From a virus: DNA of 64,000 nucleotides. Location: the IMG/VR virus record IMGVR_UViG_3300015024_000001, positions 1-64,000 of that record; one strand, written 5' to 3'. The notes beneath the pieces were generated by a model, which was not told where the DNA came from, searched no databases, and worked only from the letters and a program-made list of their open reading frames with translations. The translations under genes and the position numbers were made by a program. Below, one piece after another: positions 8,752 through 20,495 of the stretch (its first letter is position 1; each line of letters opens with the position of its first letter).

Positions 8752-10714
8752 ATGACACAAGTTGTGGTCAAAAAAGAAAAACCATGTATACTTACAGAAG
8801 AGTTTTTTAAGTCTGGTATGTTTGTAGTAGATTTTGATAATGATGTTTATATAACAGCGTTCGATCAAGATGAAAAGACAATGATTCTAGTTTCTTTAAA
8901 GTTTGGTGAAAGAATTGTATTTTGTGACAACCACCATCAAGATCTTACTATTCTAGAAAAAGGTACAGTGTTGGAGCTAACAGTATGAACCAAAGACGAC
9001 AACAGCTTGAACTGATATTAGGTATGACTTTAAAACCTATAAATGAGACTAGATATGCTTCAGGTCTTATAGATTATGAATTTCCAGCAGGTATTCTGTA
9101 TGAAAATTTACAACTACTACTAACCTGTATAAGCAAAGGTAGTTTGGATTATAATGTATCTTTTGCTAGAGCCACTTATGAAATTACTCCAGATGGTATA
9201 CTACAAACACCACACACTATTATAGTAAATGGTCAACGGATTACTAGTGACTCTATTACTGTATCTTGGACAGACTATGAATGGGCGCAAAAGCAAAGAC
9301 TACAAGAGATGAGAGACTTATACAATGTATAACCATTATTTCTATGACTATCAAGGTGAAATTATTGCACAGTGGTTGCAATATCCTACATTATTAGCAA
9401 GAGGTAAATCTGTGCTTATGACAGGCAACCAACCAGCAGTATATATGATACAAGCTGAAATCCACATCCAAGGAGAAACACCCACAGCTAACAACTTTTG
9501 CTGGCTTGTGAACCGTTTATCTAAAATTGTGGCTGATGTATCATATATAGATACGTCAGCGCCACGTACACCATTACCACTCAAATCTGTGCAAGCTTTT
9601 AGAGGTGAAGCAACATGATTAGATATTCTGAAAAAAGTCAATTCATGATATGGGATCATAAGACACCACTATGGTCAGACCGTTTTGATAAAGCATTTGA
9701 TGACTTGAACGCTATCTATGAATACTGTGACGACTCCTATAACTTAGATGATGACGTAAAAGAGGAGTGGGATTCTTGCAGTCAGAGTCCTACTCTTATG
9801 TGTGAGTTTTTACGACTCTACTGTATGGAGGCTGTATGTTTTCCTGAGCTTAATTTACCTGAATGGTTGCAGGATGACTTACCAGAGGATATGGACAGTT
9901 TGTACGATGCTATACCTCAAGATCATAAAATACTGGAGAAGCTAGAAGAGTTAAATAATTATATCCGTAAACAAAGATGCGTACTATGGTATGAACCTAC
10001 TAACTGGAAGCCAATACCAGAAAGTTTGACAGATCCTAATTATAAAATCAAAATTACTAAGCAACCTAGAAGATTACCATTTGATGACTAAACAGTATGG
10101 AACTTGTAATCCCACAATTATTGAAATCTCATGGTGAACATATACGTCTACCATATGCTTACAAGCGATATCCATCAGGACGTTTAGGTGCTTACTTCAT
10201 AGAACTTATTTGTTATGACGAAGATAGACCTACATCACGACCTTACTTTCTATGGGGTTTTGTATTGTTTACTAAAGATGATGAAGAGATCGTAGAAAGA
10301 GAAAGGGTGAAGTTCTGGATACCTCATAACTGGTACCTATGTGTACAGAAAGATGACATTACAAATCCACGTCGTTATGATCCTGTATTTTTATATAGAC
10401 GTAGTATACAGATAGCTAAGTACTGGTACAAGATATATGCAAAACGTAGTTATATAGTTGATGATGCCGATCTATATCAATTAGATCCACCAGCAATTAA
10501 AAAACCTACTTATGTATATTTAGGATATGAAGTACTTACAGGTTTTCCTATATGTGTGTTGGAAGCACATAATACAAAAGAAGCTTGCCGTTCATTGAAA
10601 AAGATGTATAAAACAGAAGGTACACAAGTAAAGACACGTCTGCTTAACCCTATGTTAGATTACTATTTAGAACATCCAAAATATAAAAAGATGATGCGTA
10701 AAATACTCGGATGA
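8752..10714 (+). other. run of five hypothetical CDSs (8752-8988, 8985-9332, 9325-9618, 9615-10091, 10097-10714)
   Basis: abutting or overlapping co-oriented ORFs without recognisable motifs. Confidence 0.6.
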
Positions 10715-11002
10715 AAAAATATAAAATTAAATTACAGACTGATGGCTATTACTGCATTCAAAAACGATTCTTATTTATCTTTTGGAAAGATATGTTGTTT
10801 TCTAGATAAAAAACAAGCTTTACAATATGCCTCTGAGTATTTATTAGCACATGATGAGACCATGCACAACACTTGGTTAAACAAAAAGATAACTATGAGC
10901 AGTTACTACTAGATCGTATGATTGCTGATGGTTCTATCACGACCGATATATACACAAAATACAGTCCTATTCCTATTGTTGGAATATAAACAAGAGAAAT
11001 AT

Positions 11003-11527
11003 ATGACATTATCAGCTAATCCTTCTATCAATCAAGATCCCACTGATTTTTACAGACCAAAAACAGAATCGATCCCTACTATTTTCGATGAGACCTTTGC
11101 ACCTTTCATTATAGAAACCTTTGGTAATCAACAAAAATCACCCACTTACAGAGGTCAAAAATCACCTGACCAGTATACTTATATACTAGCTATAGAGATT
11201 CCACGTTTGATTTATAATACTATTTCTGTAGAAATTGAGGAAGATCTAAAATCAACTTCACAGTTTAGAAGAGTTGGTTATCCTAGCTATAACATTGTGA
11301 TCAAAGCTGATCAACTGTTACTTGCTATTTACTCAAATGCAACAGAAAGATCTACCAAGAAAAAGTACGAGACAGAATGTGTTTTAGAAGGACAGATTGT
11401 GGCTCTAGATGGCTCTCTAACGCTTGCATACAGTGAAGGTGTACTTATGATTGAAATCCCATTGCAACGTCCTGTAGAAGCTAAAACAAAGGCACTGAGC
11501 GCACGTTTATCTGATATGCCTGTATAA
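11003..11527 (+). CDS. small heat-shock protein (HSP20/alpha-crystallin-like)
   Basis: YILAIEIP...ISVEIE...IVIKA...LAYSEGVLMIEIP matches the HSP20 core; followed by a terminator. Confidence 0.7.
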   Translation: MTLSANPSINQDPTDFYRPKTESIPTIFDETFAPFIIETFGNQQKSPTYRGQKSPDQYTYILAIEIPRLIYNTISVEIEEDLKSTSQFRRVGYPSYNIVIKADQLLLAIYSNATERSTKKKYETECVLEGQIVALDGSLTLAYSEGVLMIEIPLQRPVEAKTKALSARLSDMPV

Positions 11528-11543
11528 ATACACAGTATTCATT

Positions 11544-11579
11544 AAGGAGTCGGCTAAGAACTGACTCCTTTTATTTTTT
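11544..11579 (+). terminator. intrinsic terminator
   Basis: aaggagtcgg-ctaagaa-ctgactcctt stem-loop then T-rich tail. Confidence 0.8.
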
Positions 11580-12113
11580 ATGTCTATCCCACAACAAAAA
11601 TTAGTAGCTGATTCTATACTTACAAAGCTAGAAACTATCGATCCCCATGTTATTCTTGCTGGTGGCGCACCGAGAGACTGGTCATTTGGTAATATAGCTA
11701 CTGACCTTGATTTTTACTTACATCTAACCACTATATCTGTGGTAGAACTCCACATTAAACTATACGATCTAGGTTTGTTACAGAATCCTTTGTACCCTAG
11801 TGATCTTACAATTGCTGAAAATTACCTAGAAACATCTGTTGTGAGGTGGGTTGTTTCTGTTGATTATGAAGGGCATAAAGTACAGATTGTTGTTATGCAC
11901 AGACCTGTTATCGAATCTGTGTTAACACACTTTTCATTATCTATCTACAAGATCTATTATAAAAACCAAATATTTCACACTACACCAGAGTTTTTAAAGA
12001 CCGTAGAAGAGAAAGTAATCAGACAAGTGGAACCAGCTTTCGGTACTGGTTATGTAGATAAAATTTTAGCTGTGTTTCCTGACTATACCTTTATCAATAC
12101 AATGGAGTTTTAA
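11580..12113 (+). CDS. nucleotidyltransferase (CCA-adding/poly(A) polymerase head-domain-like)
   Basis: LAGGAPRD...DLDFY signature. Confidence 0.8.
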   Translation: MSIPQQKLVADSILTKLETIDPHVILAGGAPRDWSFGNIATDLDFYLHLTTISVVELHIKLYDLGLLQNPLYPSDLTIAENYLETSVVRWVVSVDYEGHKVQIVVMHRPVIESVLTHFSLSIYKIYYKNQIFHTTPEFLKTVEEKVIRQVEPAFGTGYVDKILAVFPDYTFINTMEF

Positions 12114-12914
12114 TATGAATAACAAAATACCAACAATTTTACATTGTATTAACAATGGTGATTATGATTATGTTTTACAAGATTTTTATGGTTTAACTAA
12201 GGAAGAAGTTTGGGATTTATGGTCAGAAATAGTTTCTGAGTATAAACCAGCACGTCAAGGTACAGAGTTTGAATACAACTACCTACAAGAGTTATTACAC
12301 CGCCTACTTCAAAATGAACCTGTGATGTAATATATCTAACGAGTAGCAGAAGTTCGTGGATTGATAAGTCGTCTACAAGAAACTCTATTGGAGGGTTATG
12401 ATGATAAATAGAGGTGATAAAGTGATAGCTATGAAAGATATACTATACGGTAATGTGTTTGTGATAGTAGGTAGTGAAGGTATAGTCACAGATTATGATG
12501 CACATGGTAGTGGTCATATAGAGGTGCTATGGACTGATGGTGAACTTACTTGTGCTAGGTTGGGTCATAACACTGAAGAGGTACGACCTGACATCAAAGC
12601 TGCATCAAAAGAAAATTGTATAGAGATCATAGTTGATTCATGATGTGCTAATGCACGTTGTTGCTTTGTTTTTATCCATCTAGTAGAATTAGGAGTAATA
12701 GAGATTGAAAAATGCTACATCTATTCACAACATAATCACAGTTTCGAGATTTTATTGGTACAGCAATAACTATCTTGCATAGCCTAGAAATACATAATAA
12801 GTATAGCAACTTTTTTAAAAATTATTGCAAAAACATTGGATAACAGTAGCAGTTATTTCTATCTTATTTATGCTATACTTATTATATAAACTAAAAGAAG
12901 GCAAATAGTTAAGC

Positions 12915-13607
12915 ATGAAGATAGCTAATCCTGAAGTTGTAGATACATTAAATACAGCACTAGACAAGAAACCACGAGATAGTGATCTTGTTATCGGTTT
13001 ATTTTCAGATGATGACCGTATGGTTGCATCCCTATTGGTGGGTAAATTGTTCCAAACACTCGACTTACTGGAAGCTAGATCAGAAGAAAATCTAAAAATA
13101 CAAAAAGAGACTAAAGACTTAGTAGCTACTTTATTGAAAGATAAAGACTCTACTAATGTAAACCCAACAACTCTTGCACATTTCTTCAACAATAACCCTG
13201 AAATACTTGAAGACTTTTCGTTTGAGAACAACTCTATATCCTACAAAGGTAACTTTCTTGGTAGTGATTCTGAACAACTTATTACACTCTCATTGAAACT
13301 TGAGGATAATTTCGGTACAAAACATGTACCATTCAGTACACTTTTGATGGCTATGAAGCGTTACTTTGTAGCTAAAAAGAACTCTATTAACTACTTAAAA
13401 GAGTTTGTCGAGACTCAATGTGAAGATTATTTATCTGACTATAAAACTAAAAAAAGGACGAAAATCCCAATGAAATTTTTAAAAGGTATTTGTTCAGAAT
13501 TACCTGCTATTACCACCGATACTTTAAGACTGCTCATGTCTGAACTTGGTTACGAAGAAACTAAGAACAATACAAGATCTGTTTTCTTTTCTAAGGTAGT
13601 TGAGTAA
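12915..13607 (+). CDS. hypothetical protein
   Basis: 230-aa ORF, no recognised motif. Confidence 0.7.
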   Translation: MKIANPEVVDTLNTALDKKPRDSDLVIGLFSDDDRMVASLLVGKLFQTLDLLEARSEENLKIQKETKDLVATLLKDKDSTNVNPTTLAHFFNNNPEILEDFSFENNSISYKGNFLGSDSEQLITLSLKLEDNFGTKHVPFSTLLMAMKRYFVAKKNSINYLKEFVETQCEDYLSDYKTKKRTKIPMKFLKGICSELPAITTDTLRLLMSELGYEETKNNTRSVFFSKVVE

Positions 13608-13946
13608 TGGCTGACTACAAAATAACAAGACAACGTATACTGGAACTTACTGAAGGTGAAGAAGAAGGTGAAGACGATAAAGAGTATGTGTTGAGTTTAT
13701 TACAACAATTACATAAAGGCAAGATTCGTTGCCATGAAGAACCATTAGAAGGAATAGAATTAGAAACAACAAGAATATGAAAATTGAACTGAAATGGCTA
13801 CCTAATGGACGTAAGACACCTGCACTACAACAAGTACACACCTATGCCGAGCTAGAGTTATTGGTAGTCAAGGACTTGGATATTGGCGATGGTGTGTTTT
13901 ATATTACAGAAGGTGGTCATATAGTAGCCGAGGCAAAGAGAACAGT

Positions 13947-14774
13947 ATGAATATTCTTTCACTTTTTGATGGTTTATCGTGCGCCCAGATAGCCTTACAA
14001 CGAGCAGGTATACAGTATGATAATTACTATGCATCTGAAATAGACAAATATGCAATCAAAGTCACACAACACCATTTTCCTTCTACGGTTCAACTTGGGG
14101 ATGTACAAAATATTAAAGCTGTAGACTTACCACAAATTGACCTATTATGCGGTGGTTTTCCTTGCCAATCCTTCTCTAGCGCTGGTAAAGGTTTAGGATT
14201 TAATGACCCACGAGGTCAACTATTCTGGCATACGGTACGTTTGTTGAAAGAACTACAACCTCGTTATTTTCTATTTGAAAACGTAATCATGTCTAAAGTA
14301 AACAGAGATGTAATCACAGAAGCATTAGGTGTGGATTGTATAGAGATTGATAGCGCAGTACTAACAGCACAACATAGGCGTAGATTATATTGGACGAATA
14401 TACCTTTCTCGAAAACCATAGAAAATAAAGGTGTAGTGATTGCCGATATACTAAACTCTGAACCAGATCCTTCCTGTTATCTTTCTGTCAAAGGTATTGC
14501 ACGTATCACAAATAGTGCTTATGTCAAAAAATTGGTAACAAAGGATACAGAAAAAACTGGTACATTGCTGTCTGGCTATTATAAGATAGGTGGTGGTCAT
14601 TACTATGTACAAGATGACAAAGGTATTCGTATGTTTACACCTACAGAGTGTGAAAAACTACAAACACTTGATGTAGGATATACCTCTATAATCAGTAAAA
14701 CTCAACGTTATAAAAGCATTGGTAATAGTTGGACAGTAGATGTCATAGCACATATTTTTAAAGGCTTATTATGA
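13947..14774 (+). CDS. DNA cytosine-C5 methyltransferase (copy 1)
   Basis: LSLFDG, GGFPCQ, FENV, QHRRRLYW, GNSW. Confidence 0.95.
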   Translation: MNILSLFDGLSCAQIALQRAGIQYDNYYASEIDKYAIKVTQHHFPSTVQLGDVQNIKAVDLPQIDLLCGGFPCQSFSSAGKGLGFNDPRGQLFWHTVRLLKELQPRYFLFENVIMSKVNRDVITEALGVDCIEIDSAVLTAQHRRRLYWTNIPFSKTIENKGVVIADILNSEPDPSCYLSVKGIARITNSAYVKKLVTKDTEKTGTLLSGYYKIGGGHYYVQDDKGIRMFTPTECEKLQTLDVGYTSIISKTQRYKSIGNSWTVDVIAHIFKGLL

Positions 14775-15678
14775 ATATTCTTTCACTTTTTGATGGTCTA
14801 AGCTGTGGTAGGATAGCTTTAGATCGTATAGGTATTCCTATTGATAATTATTTTTCATCTGAAATAAAAGAAGCAGCATTAGTTGTTGCTAATCATAATT
14901 ATCCACAAGATACTAAAAATAGATTAGGGGACATTACAAAAATAAAAGATTCTGACTTACCTAATATTGATTTATTGATTGGGGGTAGTCCATGCCAAAA
15001 TTTCTCTATAGCTAATAGAGAGAGAAAAGGTTTACAAGGTATAAAGAGTGGTTTGTTTTACGAGTATGTCCGACTGCTAGAAGAGACAAAACCCAAGTAT
15101 TTTTTACTTGAAAATGTTAGAATGGAAAAACAACATCAAAACGTAATTAGTTCTATACTAGGTTGTGAACCTATTATTATTAATTCATCACTAGTAGCGC
15201 CACAGTTACGTCATAGATTGTATTGGACTAATATACCATCTGTCACTGTACCAATAGCTATATGTGTAAGCTTAAATGATTATCTACAAACAGGATATTC
15301 AGATCGTACTAAAGCAAGAGCTTTGTTGGAATCAGATTCACGACCCCTAGCAACACCTATAAAGATGTGTCACAGATATTTCGGCACAGGTTTTTCTACT
15401 CTTGTGTTTAAATCTGAATACCACTACTTACAATGTAAACAACATTACACAGCATTTTTTAAAGGTAAAACAGCTTTAGAAATTGATGCTCTTATTACTG
15501 ATAGTATGGATTTATCGGTATATAATGGTGTTCGTTATATGACCAATCGAGAACGTGAGTATTGTCAAACAGTACCTCAAGGATATACAGATGTTTTGAC
15601 ACAGAATGATGCAGCATCAGTGTTAGGTGATGGCTGGACAGTAGATGTCATAGCACATATTTTTAAAGGCTTATTATG
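14730..15678 (+). repeat. 44-bp direct repeat (14730-14773 and 15635-15678) at the 3' ends of both C5 methyltransferases
   Basis: tggacagtagatgtcatagcacatatttttaaaggcttattatg is identical in both; the first 27 nt of both genes are also identical. Confidence 0.9.
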
Positions 15679-15682
15679 TTAG
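14771..15682 (+). CDS. DNA cytosine-C5 methyltransferase (copy 2)
   Basis: LSLFDG, GGSPCQ, LENV, QLRHRLYW, GDGW. Confidence 0.95.
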   Translation: MNILSLFDGLSCGRIALDRIGIPIDNYFSSEIKEAALVVANHNYPQDTKNRLGDITKIKDSDLPNIDLLIGGSPCQNFSIANRERKGLQGIKSGLFYEYVRLLEETKPKYFLLENVRMEKQHQNVISSILGCEPIIINSSLVAPQLRHRLYWTNIPSVTVPIAICVSLNDYLQTGYSDRTKARALLESDSRPLATPIKMCHRYFGTGFSTLVFKSEYHYLQCKQHYTAFFKGKTALEIDALITDSMDLSVYNGVRYMTNREREYCQTVPQGYTDVLTQNDAASVLGDGWTVDVIAHIFKGLLC

Positions 15683-15784
15683 AAATTAAATTCAACCATG
15701 TGTTAGAGTCATGTAACTCACTGCCCATCTCTAGTAGTGGATTACTAACTTTACCTGACCTACTATGAATATAGAATATTCTTT

Positions 15785-17120
15785 ATGTTTATGATTCTTG
15801 ATCACCAACCTAATAATGAAATCATCATATATAGTGACTCTACTAAAACTGTACAAGTTGGTGCTTATCACAGTATCCCTGAATACCATGACTACTGGCA
15901 ATTCTGGTTAGGTTGGGGTACTTTTGATATTGCATTTCGTCCTGTGCAAGCATGGTCAAAAAGATGTAATATACGAGTAGAAAATCTAACTTATCTTCTA
16001 CGGTTTGATTTACGTTTACCTACAATGTTTATTTGTTTGAGGATTTACAGATGAGTGTTGCGTACAAAACTATTACTGATTATCTGCATAGTGCTGTAAC
16101 TGATGCACATGGTGAAGAGGATGCTACACTAGATATGGCTTTCTGTTGTGATTTATTAGGTTTATTGCTTGAGTCTGATAACACAGAGCTAGTGTTAGAT
16201 TTGTTTCGTACACTTATGAAAGAGCAATGGGGTGAAAATGATAACAATGACACTCCTGACTTTATTCTTAACTATTGGTGTACAAGAGCTAATGAAGGTT
16301 TAATGTCTGAAGTAGCAAGGGAGATTTATGGTTACACTGAATAAAGTAAGACGATTATTTGCAGTTATGAAAGAGTTGGGTATATACACAGAACCTTTAC
16401 TTAATACAGGTTATAATGATGAGCTTATGGCTGAGTTTTGGCAAGGCGACAAATATCTATCTATAGATGTTGATAACTCTTCGCTAGATATCAGTGGTAT
16501 GCAGAGTGGTGTGTTTACTGTCAACTGTGTAGAAAAAGGATGGCTGTACGAATGATAGTTTATATTATCATGCGTCATCATATCCATGACTACCCCGATA
16601 CTAATGTTATTTTGATGGTTTGTGCCACAGAAGAACTTGCTACTTTGAAACTAAAATGGTTAGAAGAGGATAAACCTCATAATATGAAGCTCTGGATTGA
16701 GGATCATATTATTGAAGTATAACAATAAACGTTGGAAACGACATAACAGACATACAAATCCTGAACTGATTGCTGCTCATGTTTTTGCAGCTTGTTTTAA
16801 AAGAGAAGCACCATTTATCTTCCACTATGAGTAAAGTAAAACCTAAATATCAAGCAACACTAGATCGCTATTTGAGATGGTATGACTACATCAATGTTGA
16901 GATTAGACTAGGAACTTTCTTTATACAAGAGGTGGTGGATGATTTGCTGAAGCTAGGTGAAGATCCTATTAGTATACTACAAGGTGTTCGTAATAATTAT
17001 CAAGTCTGTTATCCTAAACAATGGCATGGTTTGGTAATAAACAAGATAGATCCTTATGTATTTTTTGACAGTTTAGAACACAACCAAGAGTGGCAGACCA
17101 TACATAGTGTGCTACAATAG
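15785..17120 (+). other. run of small hypothetical CDSs
   Basis: abutting ORFs 15785-16054, 16033-16344, 16328-16555, 16540-16722 and about 16827-17120. Confidence 0.55.
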
Positions 17121-17165
17121 TAAGGTAGATTTCCATAATCGATGCAGCCTTACTACCAAGACTAG

Positions 17166-17648
17166 ATGATAAAACAAAAGAGATGTGAATGTGGTTGTGG
17201 TGCTTTAATTGAAAATAAAAAGCGGAGATTTATATCAGGACACAATCTTAAACTGATTAAAAGAACAGAGGAACACAATCTAGCTATAGGAAAGAGCCAG
17301 TTAGCAGCTTGGGACACTAAAAGAGAAAGGACAATTTTAGGATCTAAACGATTTAACTCTTCTGGCTATGTGATAGTCAAAGTCAGCCACACTGGTATGA
17401 AATGGAGAGAAGAACACATCCTAGTCGTAGAAGAATCTATAGGTCGAGATGTAGTTGTTGGTACTGAAGTTGCTCATCACATAAATACCGACAGAAAAGA
17501 CAACAGATTGGAAAACTTATATCTGTGCGAAGATAAAAGTCGTCATGGTAGAGTTCATGATTCACTGACAGATGTTGCAAAGCATATGATAAGATGTGGT
17601 CATACAACTTTTAATCACTCTACTGGTGAATATGAAACACTATTATAA
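17166..17648 (+). CDS. HNH homing endonuclease
   Basis: CECGCG...GHN N-terminus; EHILV...HHINTDRKDNRLENL...HGRVH. Confidence 0.9.
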   Translation: MIKQKRCECGCGALIENKKRRFISGHNLKLIKRTEEHNLAIGKSQLAAWDTKRERTILGSKRFNSSGYVIVKVSHTGMKWREEHILVVEESIGRDVVVGTEVAHHINTDRKDNRLENLYLCEDKSRHGRVHDSLTDVAKHMIRCGHTTFNHSTGEYETLL

Positions 17649-18372
17649 GGACGAATTTGTTACATTATATAATGGAAATTGCTTTGATATACTACCCATC
17701 ATAGAAGAAAAAGTAGATATGTATTTTGTCGATGCCCCTTATAATTTGATAAGGTCAGCTTGGGACAGAGATATTATTGACCTTGCCCTCTTATGGCAAG
17801 AGCTACACAGAACAGGTCACACCAACACAGCTTATGTTTTTACAGGCGCACAACCCTTTACGTCTAAGCTTGTAGCTAGCAACTACAAAGAATTTAAACA
17901 AGAGTTGATTTGGCGTAAAACAATGGGTACAGGACATATGAATTGTAAACGTATGGCACTAAAAAACCATGAGAATATACTCATCTTCTATGGCAAACAA
18001 CCTGTATACAACCCACAAATGACTGCTGGTAAACCTTATAGAGCTTCACTAAGAAATGAAAAAGCTAATGTGTATGGTAAATCAGTTTATTACGAAACAC
18101 ATAATATAACAGGTGACCGTTATCCTTTATCAGTATTAGATTTTAAATATGACTCGAAAAGGTATCATCCGACACAAAAACCTGTAGCTTTGTGTGAGTA
18201 TATGGTAAAGACATATACCAACGAAGGTGCTTTGATGGTTGATCCTTTTGCAGGTGGTGGCTCATCACTTGTAGCAGCTAAGAGGTTGCGACGACGAGCT
18301 ATTGGTATTGAGCTTGGTACATCTTATTGTGACATTATAGTAGAGAGAGTAAAAAATGCAGATCCTATATAA
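17632..18372 (+). CDS. N4C/N6A DNA methyltransferase (beta class)
   Basis: DAPY, HPTQKP, DPFAGGGS, GIEL. Confidence 0.92.
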   Translation: MKHYYKDEFVTLYNGNCFDILPIIEEKVDMYFVDAPYNLIRSAWDRDIIDLALLWQELHRTGHTNTAYVFTGAQPFTSKLVASNYKEFKQELIWRKTMGTGHMNCKRMALKNHENILIFYGKQPVYNPQMTAGKPYRASLRNEKANVYGKSVYYETHNITGDRYPLSVLDFKYDSKRYHPTQKPVALCEYMVKTYTNEGALMVDPFAGGGSSLVAAKRLRRRAIGIELGTSYCDIIVERVKNADPI

Positions 18373-19438
18373 AAAGACTTCAACAGGTGCTACTCAACAG
18401 TGGCAACAAGAGGTTATACACGATATGTACAGAACTGTTACAGGTCAAGTTGGTGGTAAACTAACTATATCTGAATGGCATGAATGTACAGGTAAAAATA
18501 TTGGACGTTCTAACGAAACAACACCAGCAGAACAGCGTATAAAAGAAGTTACAGCTAACTATGAAAAGAAGCTAGTAGCAGGTGGTTATACAACTAACAT
18601 AGAAGATATAGGTATTGCTGGTTATTTCAAACCTATGCTTGCTAAGAACTATAAAGATTATGCACAGAAACTACAATATCCTGTATTCGTACAACCTAAA
18701 TATGATGGTATACGTTGTGTAATAAATAGTGCAGGAGCATGGTCACGTAAGGGTGAGCCTATTATCACAATTCCACATATTATTAACTCTTTACGTACTT
18801 TATTTTTGTCTTATCCTGACCTTGTACTAGATGGTGAACTGTATAATCATACGTTGAAAGATGACTTCAACAAGATCTGTTCTGTCGTCAAGAAACTAAA
18901 ACCTACTGAAGAAGATATTATAGATTCAGCAAATAACATTCTCTTCTATGTTTATGATTGTTATTTACCAACTACTTATAAAGAGAGATTGAATTTTCTA
19001 CAAACCTTAGTACCTTACTTATATGTAGATATTAGCATAACAGTTATTGCTACTAATAATACAAAAGTAGATGCCTACCTTGATCAGTTTTTGCAAGAAG
19101 GTTACGAAGGTATAATAATCCGTACTGATTCTTTGTATGAAAACAAGAGATCAAGCAACCTGCTAAAATATAAAGTAGATGAAACAGATGAGTTTGTATT
19201 GCTTGATATTATGGAAGGACAGGGTAATTGGGGTGGTTTAGCAAAGAAAGCTTCCTTAGTCACAGCAGATGGTATTGAATTTGAAGCTAGTATCGCTAAT
19301 ACACAGGAAAACTGTCTTAAGTTCTTACAAAACAAAGAGTTGTATATAGGTCGTCCAACAACTGTGAAGTACAATGGTCTCACACCTGCTGGTAAACCAA
19401 GATTTGGAGTTATTAAAGAATTTGATAGGAGGTTTTAA
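18356..19438 (+). CDS. ATP-dependent DNA ligase
   Basis: PMLA, QPKYDGIR, LDGELY, EGIIIR, LLKYK, GKPRF. Confidence 0.95.
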   Translation: MQILYKKTSTGATQQWQQEVIHDMYRTVTGQVGGKLTISEWHECTGKNIGRSNETTPAEQRIKEVTANYEKKLVAGGYTTNIEDIGIAGYFKPMLAKNYKDYAQKLQYPVFVQPKYDGIRCVINSAGAWSRKGEPIITIPHIINSLRTLFLSYPDLVLDGELYNHTLKDDFNKICSVVKKLKPTEEDIIDSANNILFYVYDCYLPTTYKERLNFLQTLVPYLYVDISITVIATNNTKVDAYLDQFLQEGYEGIIIRTDSLYENKRSSNLLKYKVDETDEFVLLDIMEGQGNWGGLAKKASLVTADGIEFEASIANTQENCLKFLQNKELYIGRPTTVKYNGLTPAGKPRFGVIKEFDRRF

Positions 19439-19732
19439 TGAAGTATGAATTATGTGGTGTAGAAATAGTAGATGGTACTTATAGGTTCTCGTACAGACCT
19501 GACCAACCCGTCCATCCTGATGCTGTATATACTCGTGTGTGTAAATCTGCTGTAGAGGCAGAGTTTAAACGTATGGTAGCAAAAGAAACTGATCTACCAC
19601 CTATTGCTTTGGATTTATGTATCAACACAACAGGTAAGTACAATCTTAAATATAGATGGCTTAAACCAAATGAAGCCTTGTAAATGTACATTCGTAAGTA
19701 AGAAGATTAAACAAGTCACAGAGAGCGAATAA

Positions 19733-20494
19733 ATGACTATTGAAGAGAATATGAGAAAGGTTGTTGAATGTATTGCAAATGGTGTATTTGCGCCACAATC
19801 AGCACAAGATATTACAAACCTTATAGGTATACATAAAGACAATCTTCTTGTGGAAGAAGTAGGAACATTTATTGTAAATGATAGAGTAGATAATAAACTC
19901 AAATACATTGGTTTAGTTGGGTGTCAAAATGCAGGTAAAGATCATATTGCAAATTACATCGCTAAGAACTTAGAAAGAAAATGTGAGGTTGTTAAGTTTG
20001 CAACAAAGTTGACGCAAGTAGTTGCTGCTGTACTTGGTGTTGATGACCTTTCGTTATTCCAAGATAGGCAGTGGAAAGAAAATAAAATCTTTCAGTGGCA
20101 AAATAAAATCGTATCTGCTCGTGATGTACAGATCTCCATAGGTACTGATATCATGCGTAATATTATAGATGATGATATTTGGGTAGACGCTTTTTCAAAA
20201 GCATATAATGACCCTGATATACTCTATATTATTTCAGATTTACGGTTTATCAATGAGTTTGAGTTTGTACAGGCTAATAATGGTGTTGTAGTATTTATTG
20301 AGAATGTAAAAGCAGCAATGGCACAAGCAGATAAAGAGAAAGATGCTTTTGGTGTTTGGAAACCTCATGCTTCAGAAAAATTGGCGTGGGATCTATATGA
20401 CAAGAACATTCAATCTGATTATCATTTGTTAAATAATGACTACTCTGATCCACAACCTTTGCAAGATTTATTAACTTTTATAAATGGTATTTAA
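19733..20494 (+). CDS. deoxynucleoside monophosphate kinase
   Basis: GLVGCQNAGKD P-loop, FATKL, RDVQISIGTD, ISDLRFINE, HASE. Confidence 0.88.
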   Translation: MTIEENMRKVVECIANGVFAPQSAQDITNLIGIHKDNLLVEEVGTFIVNDRVDNKLKYIGLVGCQNAGKDHIANYIAKNLERKCEVVKFATKLTQVVAAVLGVDDLSLFQDRQWKENKIFQWQNKIVSARDVQISIGTDIMRNIIDDDIWVDAFSKAYNDPDILYIISDLRFINEFEFVQANNGVVVFIENVKAAMAQADKEKDAFGVWKPHASEKLAWDLYDKNIQSDYHLLNNDYSDPQPLQDLLTFINGI

Positions 20495-20495
20495 T

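Noticed and set aside
13947-15682. Diversity-generating retroelement template/variable repeats
   Set aside because: Repeats are exact rather than adenine-variable and no reverse transcriptase is present
17166-18372. HNH plus methyltransferase as a type II restriction-modification pair
   Set aside because: The HNH has the architecture of a free-standing phage homing endonuclease; adjacency alone is insufficient
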